Source of the DNA: Planctomycetota bacterium
Lineage (GTDB): Bacteria > Planctomycetota > UBA1135 > UBA2386
Length of the DNA: 64,000 nucleotides
Assembly: GCA_965228735.1 (NCBI GenBank)
Contig: OZ245838.1
Location: 5,152,001-5,216,000, forward strand
Direction of reading: 5' to 3'
Under the pieces are notes generated by a model that was not told the origin of the DNA, did no database searches, and worked only from the letters and a program-made list of their open reading frames with translations. The position numbers and the translations under genes were made by a program. Each line of letters starts with the position of its first letter. Within the stretch, counting starts at the first letter, position 1. Of the stretch, positions 13,286 through 22,179 are shown piece after piece.

Positions 13286-13993
13286 ATGGCCGCCACGTCT
13301 GCCAGTCCTGGCCGCGCCCTGGCGCTGCTGTTCTGCGGCGCGTTCCTGGGCTGCAGCTCGCGGGAGTCCGCCGAAGAACAGAACCGACTGGCGGTCGAAC
13401 TGCGCCGGGCAGGCCGGCTCGTCGAAGCCGAGGCCGGCCATCGCGCGGCCTTGCGGATCGCGCCCGACTACGCGGACGCCCACGCGGATCTCGGCAACAC
13501 GTTGTGCTGGCAGGGCCGCTATGAGGAGGCGATCGAGCACCTGAGCCGGGCGCTGCAGCTCGAGCCTTCGCATGCCCGGGCCCATGACGACCTCGGCGTC
13601 TGCCGGCGCGATCAGGGCCAGTTGGCTTTGGCGTTGCGCCATCACCGCGAGGCCGTGCGGCTCGACCCCGACAACAACAACGCCGAGCGCAACCTCGGCG
13701 AGACGCTGGCGCGACTGGGCGAGTTCGACGAGGCCATGGCGCATCTCGACCGCGCGGTCGCGCGGGACCCGGACGATGCCCGCGCCCATGCCGCGATCGG
13801 CATGGTGCACGGCATGCGCGGCGATTACGACCGGGCGCTCGCCGCGCTTCGGCGATCCGTGGCCCTCGACGCGACCCAGCCGATGGTTCTCAACAACCTG
13901 GGGATGGCGCTCTGGCGGGCAGGCGAGCCCGAGGCCGCCTGCGCGCGCTTCGACGAACTCGCCGAGATGCTGGCGATGTACGACAGCCAGTAG
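13286..13993 (+). CDS. TPR-repeat protein, possible lipoprotein
   Basis: Repeated A..NLG..L...G...EA......A..L.P motifs and an N-terminal FLGC lipobox-like segment. Confidence 0.85.
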   Translation: MAATSASPGRALALLFCGAFLGCSSRESAEEQNRLAVELRRAGRLVEAEAGHRAALRIAPDYADAHADLGNTLCWQGRYEEAIEHLSRALQLEPSHARAHDDLGVCRRDQGQLALALRHHREAVRLDPDNNNAERNLGETLARLGEFDEAMAHLDRAVARDPDDARAHAAIGMVHGMRGDYDRALAALRRSVALDATQPMVLNNLGMALWRAGEPEAACARFDELAEMLAMYDSQ

Positions 13994-14113
13994 CGCGACG
14001 GGGGTGCGGGATCGCCCGTCGTTGGTTCGGGTTCGCTCCTCGTGTTACCACGTGCGAAGGCGCCCGCTAGATCCGCACAGGCAACTCTCGAAACCAAGAT
14101 TCGGCCTGTCCCC

Positions 14114-17100
14114 ATGACGAACGAAGCGCACGTCGGCGCTGCTGGCGCCACCGGTCCGTACTCCCTGCACTCTGACCCTTTGCGGGCTCATCGGCTTGCG
14201 ACCAGTGCCCTGCCCGCTGCTTTGCCCTCTGTCCTGCTCGGGGTCGTGCTGTCGATCTCGGGTTGTTCGAGCGGCGACGAGTCGCCGCTGCCGATCGACT
14301 CGACCGGCGAGTTCGTCGTGCAGGGCGTGCACCCGCAGAACGGCGGACAGGTGTTCCTCAACGACGTGATCGCGTTCGACTTCTCGCATGCCGTCGACCT
14401 GCAGACGGTGAGCTTCAACTCGGTCGCGTTCCAGGCGCTCGATCCGCTCGGCGACCCGACGGGCGAGACGGTGTCCGGCACGTTCCGGCTCGCGGTGCGT
14501 CCTGGGGACACGGCGATCGGTCGTCGCCTCGAGTTCGAACCGCGGTTGCCGCGAACGGGAACGTACGACGACGGCGGCTTCAAACCGGGCCGCGAGTACC
14601 TCGTTCAACTCGTCGGCGGCGCGCGGCACAACGGCACAGGCGTGCAATCGACCGTTGGGCGGCCGCTCGCGGCGCTCGCGAGCTTCCGGTTCGCGGCGGT
14701 TGAGGGCTCGTCCGCGGCGCAGCTGTTCCGCAATCCGCTGCCCGGCGGGCCGCGCGGCATCGCGCCGCGGCTCACGATCACCGGCGCGACCTCGCTGCGT
14801 GAAGTGCCGCTCAATCTCTTCGGCGCGCGACCGGTCGAACTGCGGCTCACGTTCGATCAGGCGCTCAACCCGAGCTCGACCAACCTCCCGGTCGCGTTCG
14901 ATCCGGACCCGGCGACGCGGCGCCTGAGCGAACGCGGTCGGGTATGGCTCGAGTACGACGATCCGGAGTTCGGCGATGCGACGTGGATCCCCGCGCAGGT
15001 CGACCTCGAACGGAACGACTCGACGGGCGCGACCCTGGTGCTGCGGCCGATCGGTGTCCTGCCCAACAACGCGACCGTGCGCGTCATCGTCGAGGCGACC
15101 GTCGAGGACATCGCCGGTGAATCCAACGTCGGCGAGCCGGCGTTCGGCCGCGTGTTCGGTTCGTTCGACACGGTTGCGGCCTACGACCAGCAGTGGAACG
15201 GCATCGTCGAGACCTTCGATTCGACGGACCTGATCGACCTCGCCGCGGCGTTCCCCGAACCGATGGCGGAAGTCGGGCAGGGCTTCGTGCGCGCGGCGTT
15301 CGACTTCGGCGGTCTGCAGACGACGCAGGATTACCGGCCGACGGCGATCGAGGTCGTCCTCGACACGTCCTTCACGCAGGTCGTGCCGGTGACCGGGCCG
15401 CCGATCAACGTGTCGGGCGGCGTCTTCCGCTTCCACGACGTGACGATCCCGCAGGGGGTCACCGTGCAGGGGCGCGGGCCCAACCCGATGGTCTGGCTGT
15501 GCACCGGTGACATGCGCGTCGACGGCACGCTGTCCGTGCGCGGCGGCGACGGTGAACGCGTGAGCTCGCTCAACTCGGCGACGTTCGCGAAGGCGGGCGG
15601 CATCGGCGTCTGCGGCGGCGGCAACGGCGGCGACGGTTCCCCGAACTCCGGTGCCCGGAGCCCCACGGGTTCGGCCGGGCGGGGGCCGATGCAGGTGCCG
15701 GGTCGAGGCGGTCAGGGCGGTCTCCTGTCGTGTCTCGCGGGCTGCATGCAGAACGACGGTGGTGGTTCCGGCGGCGGCGGCGGCAGCCTCGCGACGCAGG
15801 GCGACCCGTTCTACGCGGCGCCGTTGCCCGGCACCGGTTACCGCCAGCTCGACGGCGATGGCGGCATGGGGTGCAGCAACTCCAACAGCAACCCGGTGCC
15901 GGCACGTTCGGCGACGTTGTTCGGCGGCGATGCCGGTGCCGTCGTGTTCGTCGATTCGCGTTCCGACAACGACTTCTTCGGCGCCGCGGTCGATCTCAAC
16001 CGCAACGTGCGCATCACCGGCGAGCTCGCGGTGCCGGTCGGCGGCGGCGGTGGTGGCGGTGGCGGTGACCATTCGCAGAACCTGGCGTGCGCGAACGACC
16101 CGTCGTGGATCGCCGACTCGAGCGGCGGCGGTGGTGGCGGCGGCGGCGGTGCGCTCATCGTGCGCGCGCTCGGCGAGATCGAGGTGAGCACGACGGGTCG
16201 CATCGTCGCGGATGGTGGTCACGGCGGCGGTGGCGCGTGGGCCGGCTCGTGCAACCGTGGCGGCGGTGGCGGCGCCGGCGCTGGCGGCATGGTCATCCTG
16301 ATGTCCAACGAGCGCATCGTGCTGCACACGCACGGCGGCAACAACCGCTGGAACTACGCGGAGCGGGACTACGACTTCTGCGTCTCGGCGGACGGCGGCG
16401 TCTGCACGACCGGCGGGTATGCGGGCACCGGCAGCGCGTGGCTCATCGAGAGCAAGTACCCAGCGCAGGGGCTGCCGACCTACACGGGCGAGCAGTACGA
16501 CCTCAACCCGCTCGGCGGCTTCGGCGGTCTCGGAATCGTTCAGCTCATGGCGCCCGTCGGTTCCACGAACCAGGACGGCACCAACACGGTGCTCGACGAC
16601 AACATCGTGCTGATGCGGAGCGGCCTGCCGCTCGCGGGCGCGGCCAAGCAGGCGGCGCTCGCATGGCGCGGGTTCCCTGACGGGGCCGGCGCGTTCTTCG
16701 ACGATGACGGCGATCCGGTCGCGATCGGCGACCAGCTCGGCGACATCCGACCGGCGCCGCAGCTCCTGCCCGTGCCGTTCGGCCCGAGGTCGCGCGTGCG
16801 ATCGCGATGGCTCGACACCGGCGCGAGCAAGCGCCGTCCGCTCGCGCAGGCCGACGGTCTGCCGCGCGGGCTCGTCACCGCGGGCGGGAACGTGGTCGGA
16901 CCCGTGTTCGAGTTCGCGGGCACGCAGAACGACGGCTTCGTGCAACCGACGATCTCCGGCAACTCGGCGATCATCGTGCCGGCCGAAGCCGTCGCTGCGA
17001 CGCCGATCGCTAGACTCGAGGCGGGTGTGAGTCATGGCGGGCAACCCGCGTATCGCATCGAACTCGCGGCACCCGCGCTCGGCCAGGTCACGGATCGCTA

Positions 17101-17569
17101 TCGCCAGCACGAGGCCCAGTTGCTCGATGCGGCCGATCAGGTGCGCGCGAGCCTGCCGGTCCTGGGGCACGGCAGCGACGTGCTGTTCGTCGCGACCGAC
17201 GACGTGCTGCCGGCCGGCGTCGAACGCGTGCGCATCGTGCGCAAGTTCTTCCGCATCGAGACGGGCGGCAGCGAAGGCCTCGGCCCGCTCGCAGACAGCG
17301 GGACCGAACCGATCGCGAACGTGCGTATCGGCTTCGCGTTCCACCAGGATCCGGGCTCGGCAACCGCCAGCCGCTACCCGGCCGACGACGACGAGTTCGT
17401 CTACTCACTGACCGACCCGCAGTTCCTCGAGTGGGTGCAGCTGGAAGGGGCGCCCGGCTTCGTGCAATGGGATGTCACGTTCGACATCGCGCACGCGCCG
17501 GGCACGTCGGCCGGGCCACGGTCCCCGCGCCCGCGGCTCGACTGGTTGCGGCTGCCGTTCCGCTTCTGA
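14114..17569 (+). CDS. Large exported protein with Ig-like domains and a Gly-rich central region
   Basis: Lipobox-like ISGC, Ig-like segments (FDFSHAVD, LTFDQALNP) and long GGGGGGG runs alternating with short hydrophobic strands. Confidence 0.75.
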   Translation: MTNEAHVGAAGATGPYSLHSDPLRAHRLATSALPAALPSVLLGVVLSISGCSSGDESPLPIDSTGEFVVQGVHPQNGGQVFLNDVIAFDFSHAVDLQTVSFNSVAFQALDPLGDPTGETVSGTFRLAVRPGDTAIGRRLEFEPRLPRTGTYDDGGFKPGREYLVQLVGGARHNGTGVQSTVGRPLAALASFRFAAVEGSSAAQLFRNPLPGGPRGIAPRLTITGATSLREVPLNLFGARPVELRLTFDQALNPSSTNLPVAFDPDPATRRLSERGRVWLEYDDPEFGDATWIPAQVDLERNDSTGATLVLRPIGVLPNNATVRVIVEATVEDIAGESNVGEPAFGRVFGSFDTVAAYDQQWNGIVETFDSTDLIDLAAAFPEPMAEVGQGFVRAAFDFGGLQTTQDYRPTAIEVVLDTSFTQVVPVTGPPINVSGGVFRFHDVTIPQGVTVQGRGPNPMVWLCTGDMRVDGTLSVRGGDGERVSSLNSATFAKAGGIGVCGGGNGGDGSPNSGARSPTGSAGRGPMQVPGRGGQGGLLSCLAGCMQNDGGGSGGGGGSLATQGDPFYAAPLPGTGYRQLDGDGGMGCSNSNSNPVPARSATLFGGDAGAVVFVDSRSDNDFFGAAVDLNRNVRITGELAVPVGGGGGGGGGDHSQNLACANDPSWIADSSGGGGGGGGGALIVRALGEIEVSTTGRIVADGGHGGGGAWAGSCNRGGGGGAGAGGMVILMSNERIVLHTHGGNNRWNYAERDYDFCVSADGGVCTTGGYAGTGSAWLIESKYPAQGLPTYTGEQYDLNPLGGFGGLGIVQLMAPVGSTNQDGTNTVLDDNIVLMRSGLPLAGAAKQAALAWRGFPDGAGAFFDDDGDPVAIGDQLGDIRPAPQLLPVPFGPRSRVRSRWLDTGASKRRPLAQADGLPRGLVTAGGNVVGPVFEFAGTQNDGFVQPTISGNSAIIVPAEAVAATPIARLEAGVSHGGQPAYRIELAAPALGQVTDRYRQHEAQLLDAADQVRASLPVLGHGSDVLFVATDDVLPAGVERVRIVRKFFRIETGGSEGLGPLADSGTEPIANVRIGFAFHQDPGSATASRYPADDDEFVYSLTDPQFLEWVQLEGAPGFVQWDVTFDIAHAPGTSAGPRSPRPRLDWLRLPFRF

Positions 17570-17597
17570 GCGAGTTTGCCCGCGAAACGCCCGGCGT

Positions 17598-20132
17598 CTA
17601 CTTGCCGGCCGCGAGCTTCTCGCGCCACGGCTTTGCGGCGTCCGGGCGGTCCCAGGCCTCGTAGAGCTTGACCATCTCGGCCCAGTTGCTGCGCGTGCGC
17701 ATGTGCTCGTTGCCGAGCTTCTGCTCGAGCACCGCGCGGGCGCGCCCGTAGGCGTCCTCGGCTTCGGCGAAGCGTTCGAGCTTGCGCAGCACCATGCCGC
17801 GGTGCTGTCGGAAGACGGCGACGCGCCAGTTGTTCTCACCGAGCAGATCGACCGCGTCGACGAGCAGCGCGTCGAGTACGGTGAGCGCCTCCTCGCGTTT
17901 CTGCGGCTCTTCGGGTTGGCTGTGCAGCGAGACGGCGAGGTTGAAGCGCGCGATCACGTCGGCGAGCTCCGTCGATGCACCGGACCCGGCGCGCGCTGCG
18001 AGGATCTCGCGGTAGATCGCCTCGGCCTCGGCGAAGCGCTTCTGGCGTTCGTGGCAGAGTGCGCGGTTGCTGGCGTAGCGCACGGTCGCCGGGTGCGCCG
18101 GACCCGAGACGCGCAGGCTCGCCGCGTGCAGCTTCTCGAACTGCGCGAGCGCCGCGTCGAGCTCGCCCTGGTGGAACAAGAACACGGCGAACGAATTGCG
18201 CGCGGACAGCGTGTCGGGATCCTCGTCGCCGAGGTGCTCGGACGCCAGGTCGCAGGTGCGTTCGAAGGCCGCACGGGCTTCGTCGTTCTGCTTCAGCCCT
18301 TGCAGGCAGAGTGCCGAGCCGAGGTGCGCGCGGATCGACGAGTAGTGGCCCTCGCCGTGCAGCTTCTCGACGAGGGGGAGCGCGGCGTCGTAGGCGGCCT
18401 TGGCCTGCTCGAACTTGCGCAGCTCGTGCAACACGGCGCCGAGCGACATGTAGATGCCGGCGAACTCGTGCGGGCTGACGTTCTTGCCTTCTTGCAGCGT
18501 CGTGAGCGCGTCGCGCAGGATGGGCTCCGCCTCGATGCTGCGGCCCGTGCCGTTGAGCGCGCGCGCCTGGCCCGCCTGCACGATCCGCACCGCGCGCGGC
18601 ATCGATTCTCGCTGATCGCCGATGCGCTCCCACGCCTTGTCGAACTCGGCGAACGCCTCGTCGTTGAGGCCGAGGCCGTGGTAGGACGCGCCGAGCGCCG
18701 CGTGCATCGTGGCCGCCACCCGGTCGCTCAGCGGCGTCCGCGGCAGCCGGGTGCTCCATTCGCGCACGACGTCGGCGAGCTTCTTGTTCTTGTCGCCGCG
18801 CGCGCCGCCGAGCAGCTGGAACTGCATCTGCGCGACCTGCCACATCTCGTTGGCGTTCTGCTCGGCCTCCTGCCGGCGGTCCTCGGCGAGCGCCTCGGCG
18901 TCGAGCGCGCGGCGCCAGCCGACCGATGTCGCGATCGTGCCGCCGATGAGCGCGAGCAGCACGGCCACTGCCGCGGTGACGGCGACGCGGTTGCGCGCGA
19001 TGAACTTCCGCAGGAGATACGCCGCGCTCGGCGGGCCGGCCTCCACGGGTTCGCCCCGTCGCAGCCGCCGCAGCTCTTCGCGCAGCGCCTGCGCCGACGC
19101 GTAGCGTTCGTCGGGCGACTTGCTCAGCGCCTTCGCGAGGATCCAGTCGAGATCGACCGGCAGATCACGGCCCACGGGTGAGGGCACGAGCGACACCCGC
19201 AGCGGCACCTGCGTGCGGATCACGTCCGTGGCGCGGCCGAGTGGCAGGCCATCGAGCTCGAGCGGCAGGCGGCCGGTGAGCAGCTGATAGAGGATCACGC
19301 CGAGCGCGTAGACGTCGACGCGCGTGTCGATCGCCGCGCCGCCCTGGTCGAGCTGCTCGGGCGCCATGTAGGCCAGCGTGCCGACGACGTTGTCCGACTC
19401 GCTCGACAGCGTCGCCTGCCAGTCGGTGCCGCCCGCCCGCGCGATGCCGAAGTCGATGAGCTTGGGTTGGCCCGCGCGGTCGACGAGCACGTTCGCCGGT
19501 TTGAGGTCGCGGTGCACGACGCCGCGCTGGTGGCCGTGGTGGACCGCGTCGCAGACGCGTTCGACGAGTTCGATGATCGCCGTGACATCGAGCTGCCGAT
19601 CGCTGACGTCGTCGTCGAGCGGGCGGCCGCCGTCGATGAGCTCCATCGCGAAGTACGGCTGCGGCACGCCATCCGCTTCGAACGTCGCCGCCTCGTAGAC
19701 CTGCGCGATGCCCGGGTGCTGCAGGCGGGCGAGGATCTCGGCTTCGTACTCGAAGCGAACGCGCGCCTTCTCGTCGCCGATCGCCTGGCGCATCACCTTG
19801 AGCGCGACGCGCCGGCGCGGGCGTTCTTGTTCGGCCTCGAACACCGTGCCCATGCCGCCACGACCGAGCACGGCCGCGAGCCGGAACGAGCCGATGGTCC
19901 GGCCGAGCCACTGCGCGCCCGCGTCGGCCGGCAGGTCGGCGATGTCCGGAACCGCGGGCGGGGTGTCGAGCACCGACGAACCGTCGGCATCGATCCGGAG
20001 CAGCTTGTCGACCTCGGCGATCAGGTCGGCGTCGCCACCCGTGGTCTCGCGCAGCCAGTCGCTCCGTTCATCGGGGGCCACGTCGAGCGCCCGCTCGAAC
20101 AGGTCGCGGATGGCTTGGAAGGAATGCGCCAC
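17598..20132 (-). CDS. Ser/Thr protein kinase with TM segment and TPR repeats
   Basis: LGRGGMGTV, VALK, HRDLKPAN, DFG, GTLAYMAPE, DVYALG, a TM helix, then TPR-like repeats. Confidence 0.92.
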   Translation of the reverse strand: MAHSFQAIRDLFERALDVAPDERSDWLRETTGGDADLIAEVDKLLRIDADGSSVLDTPPAVPDIADLPADAGAQWLGRTIGSFRLAAVLGRGGMGTVFEAEQERPRRRVALKVMRQAIGDEKARVRFEYEAEILARLQHPGIAQVYEAATFEADGVPQPYFAMELIDGGRPLDDDVSDRQLDVTAIIELVERVCDAVHHGHQRGVVHRDLKPANVLVDRAGQPKLIDFGIARAGGTDWQATLSSESDNVVGTLAYMAPEQLDQGGAAIDTRVDVYALGVILYQLLTGRLPLELDGLPLGRATDVIRTQVPLRVSLVPSPVGRDLPVDLDWILAKALSKSPDERYASAQALREELRRLRRGEPVEAGPPSAAYLLRKFIARNRVAVTAAVAVLLALIGGTIATSVGWRRALDAEALAEDRRQEAEQNANEMWQVAQMQFQLLGGARGDKNKKLADVVREWSTRLPRTPLSDRVAATMHAALGASYHGLGLNDEAFAEFDKAWERIGDQRESMPRAVRIVQAGQARALNGTGRSIEAEPILRDALTTLQEGKNVSPHEFAGIYMSLGAVLHELRKFEQAKAAYDAALPLVEKLHGEGHYSSIRAHLGSALCLQGLKQNDEARAAFERTCDLASEHLGDEDPDTLSARNSFAVFLFHQGELDAALAQFEKLHAASLRVSGPAHPATVRYASNRALCHERQKRFAEAEAIYREILAARAGSGASTELADVIARFNLAVSLHSQPEEPQKREEALTVLDALLVDAVDLLGENNWRVAVFRQHRGMVLRKLERFAEAEDAYGRARAVLEQKLGNEHMRTRSNWAEMVKLYEAWDRPDAAKPWREKLAAGK

Positions 20133-20203
20133 GGAACCAGTGTACCGGATCCGTGGCGTTGGGCCTCTGCCGGGTCGAGCCGATGGGGCCCGTCAGCAGC
20201 GCG

Positions 20204-21007
20204 TCAGCACGGCTTGTCGGCGAGACCGGGGGCGGCCGCGAACAGCGAGAACATCGCGCCCGTCGGGTCGGTCAGCATCGAGAAGCTGCCGACCTCGGGG
20301 ATCGGAATGCTCTCCATCATCGCGTTGGCACCGAGCTCTTTGGCCTTGTTGGTCGCGGCCTGCAGGTCCTCGACGAAGAAGTAGACGACCCAGCACGGCG
20401 GCACGCCGGGCATCGGGTGCTTCATGAGCCCGCCGGCCTGCTTGTCGCCGAGCATCTGCACGTGATACATGCCGGCTTCGCCCATGTCCTTCTTCTGTGC
20501 TTCCCAGCCGAACAGGCCCGAGTAGAAGTCCTGGCCGCCGTCCGGATCGGGCGTGTAGACCTCGTTCCAGCAGACGCGCCCCGGCACGGGGAAGTCGGGA
20601 TCGGCGCCCTGCGACTCGGGGTTGCCGGTGTAGATCGACAGGTAGGCGCCCTGCGGATCCTCGATGACCGAGAACCGCCCCGTCGCCGGGATGTCGGTCG
20701 GCGGCACGCACACCTTGCCACCGAGCTCGGTGACCTTCTTGGCGGCCTCGTCGACGTTCTCGACCGCGACGTACGGCATCCAGTGCGCGGCGGGGATGTT
20801 GGGCTCTTCGACGATGCCGCCGATCGGGCCCGGCCCGCAGGTGATCATGTGATAGGTGTGTTCACCCATCGGGACGGCGTCGATCTGCCAGTCGAACAGC
20901 GAGCCGTAGAACTGCTGTGCGGTCTTGGCGTCCTTCGTCATGAGGTCGTGCCAGACGAAGCGGCCCGGCCATGGGCCTGCTGAGGGCGAACCTTGGGATT
21001 GCGTCAT
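20204..21007 (-). CDS. Tandem-domain VOC/glyoxalase family protein
   Basis: Two repeats of W.(D/E)L.T.D...A..FY..LF.W and DP.GA. SD AAGGAG precedes ATG 21007. Confidence 0.9.
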   Translation of the reverse strand: MTQSQGSPSAGPWPGRFVWHDLMTKDAKTAQQFYGSLFDWQIDAVPMGEHTYHMITCGPGPIGGIVEEPNIPAAHWMPYVAVENVDEAAKKVTELGGKVCVPPTDIPATGRFSVIEDPQGAYLSIYTGNPESQGADPDFPVPGRVCWNEVYTPDPDGGQDFYSGLFGWEAQKKDMGEAGMYHVQMLGDKQAGGLMKHPMPGVPPCWVVYFFVEDLQAATNKAKELGANAMMESIPIPEVGSFSMLTDPTGAMFSLFAAAPGLADKPC

Positions 21008-21062
21008 GAGTGGCTCCTTGGGAAAGGGGGAACGAGTGTCCCGGATCCGACGAGCGGACGCA

Positions 21063-21087
21063 CCCGGGATCGACATTCGATCCCGGG
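21063..21087. promoter_or_regulatory. Perfect 11-bp inverted repeat (terminator-like hairpin or operator)
   Basis: CCCGGGATCGA-cat-TCGATCCCGGG lies between the 70-aa gene and the VOC gene. No clear U-tract on the coding strand. Confidence 0.4.
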
Positions 21088-21123
21088 AAAGTTGTCGGGG
21101 TGCGCGCTCATGCATGGCGCGGG

Positions 21124-21336
21124 CTAGTCGTCGCTACCGCCTGGGGGCGGTGGAATACACGCCTCGGTGGTCTTGTCCCATTCGCCATTGTCCTGGCAAC
21201 GCCAGACCTTCTCGGTAGCGGGATCGCAGTAGGTCTCCCCCGGTTCGTAGGACTTGTCGCGGATCCAGCAGAGGGCCGTCTTCGGGATCGGTTCGTCTTC
21301 TGGTTGCGGTTCGGGCGCGGACTGAGACTCGGTCAT
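21124..21336 (-). CDS. Small four-cysteine protein (70 aa), VWC/FN1-like spacing
   Basis: Strong SD GAAGGAG. Pattern C.....SY.PGE.YC.......W.C...GEW......C. Confidence 0.65.
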   Translation of the reverse strand: MTESQSAPEPQPEDEPIPKTALCWIRDKSYEPGETYCDPATEKVWRCQDNGEWDKTTEACIPPPPGGSDD

Positions 21337-21443
21337 CGGTTCTCCTTCGACCCCGTTCGACCGGGGTCCTGCTGCATGGTTGGAGCGGGATTCGTAGCAG
21401 ACCCCGGTTCGACCCCTTGCGACCCTACTGGCCCGATGCGCGA

Positions 21444-22064
21444 TCAGTGATCTCGAATCTGATCGAGCACCGTGTCAGGAACGAGCGCGCGAAGCTTCTC
21501 CAGAGCCCGCCCGTAACGCTGCGCCACGGTATTCGCCGGCTCGTCGAGGAGCAAGGCTGCCTCGTGGTTCGGCAGCTGCTCGATGCCGCGGAGGATCACC
21601 GTCTTGCGATCCTCCGGGCCGAGTTCGTCGAGGGCGGCGAGCAGCCTCGCGGCCTCTTCGTCGCGAATCGCGTGCTGGATCGCCCCCGTGGCCGACGCGG
21701 GCAACTGGGACTCGGACAACCGCTGGCGCGGCGCACCCTTCATGTGGCGCTTCAGCATGTTGGCGTGACAACGCCACATCACCCCGGCGAGGAAGCGGAG
21801 CAGCACGGGGGTCATCTGGCCCTGGCGCGACTCGAGGTCGGCGAGCCGCGGCAGCGTGATCGCCCAGACTTCCTGCACGAGGTCGTCGGCGTCCAGGTGC
21901 TGCCGCAGTCGGCTCCCGATTCGCTGGCGCGCCGAGGCCATGAGCATCGGCGTGTACTTCCGCAGCACCCAGTCGAGGCTCTCCGGGTTTCCCGTGAGCG
22001 CTCCGCGGATCGCCATCGACGTGCGATCGTGATCGCGCGGGTCGTCGGGTTCGGGCGCTGCCAT
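21444..22064 (-). CDS. ECF sigma-70 factor
   Basis: Region 2 DADDLVQEVW and region 4 ALDELGPEDRKTVILRGIEQL...EAA.LL......V..RY.RAL.KLR. Confidence 0.88.
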   Translation of the reverse strand: MAAPEPDDPRDHDRTSMAIRGALTGNPESLDWVLRKYTPMLMASARQRIGSRLRQHLDADDLVQEVWAITLPRLADLESRQGQMTPVLLRFLAGVMWRCHANMLKRHMKGAPRQRLSESQLPASATGAIQHAIRDEEAARLLAALDELGPEDRKTVILRGIEQLPNHEAALLLDEPANTVAQRYGRALEKLRALVPDTVLDQIRDH

Positions 22065-22179
22065 GGGGGGTGGCATGCGGCGCAGTGTCGGTCGCACGAC
22101 CATGGTGGTCAAGCCGACGCCGGAGCCCCCGGGGGTGGCCGTGACAAAGGCCCGCCGGTCGACGAAGATGCAAGGCTCC

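Noticed and set aside
14045..17344. Very long antisense ORFs (also 4394-6277, 8624-10702, 21475-24405 and others)
   Set aside because: Shadow frames of real high-GC genes, with no motifs of their own.
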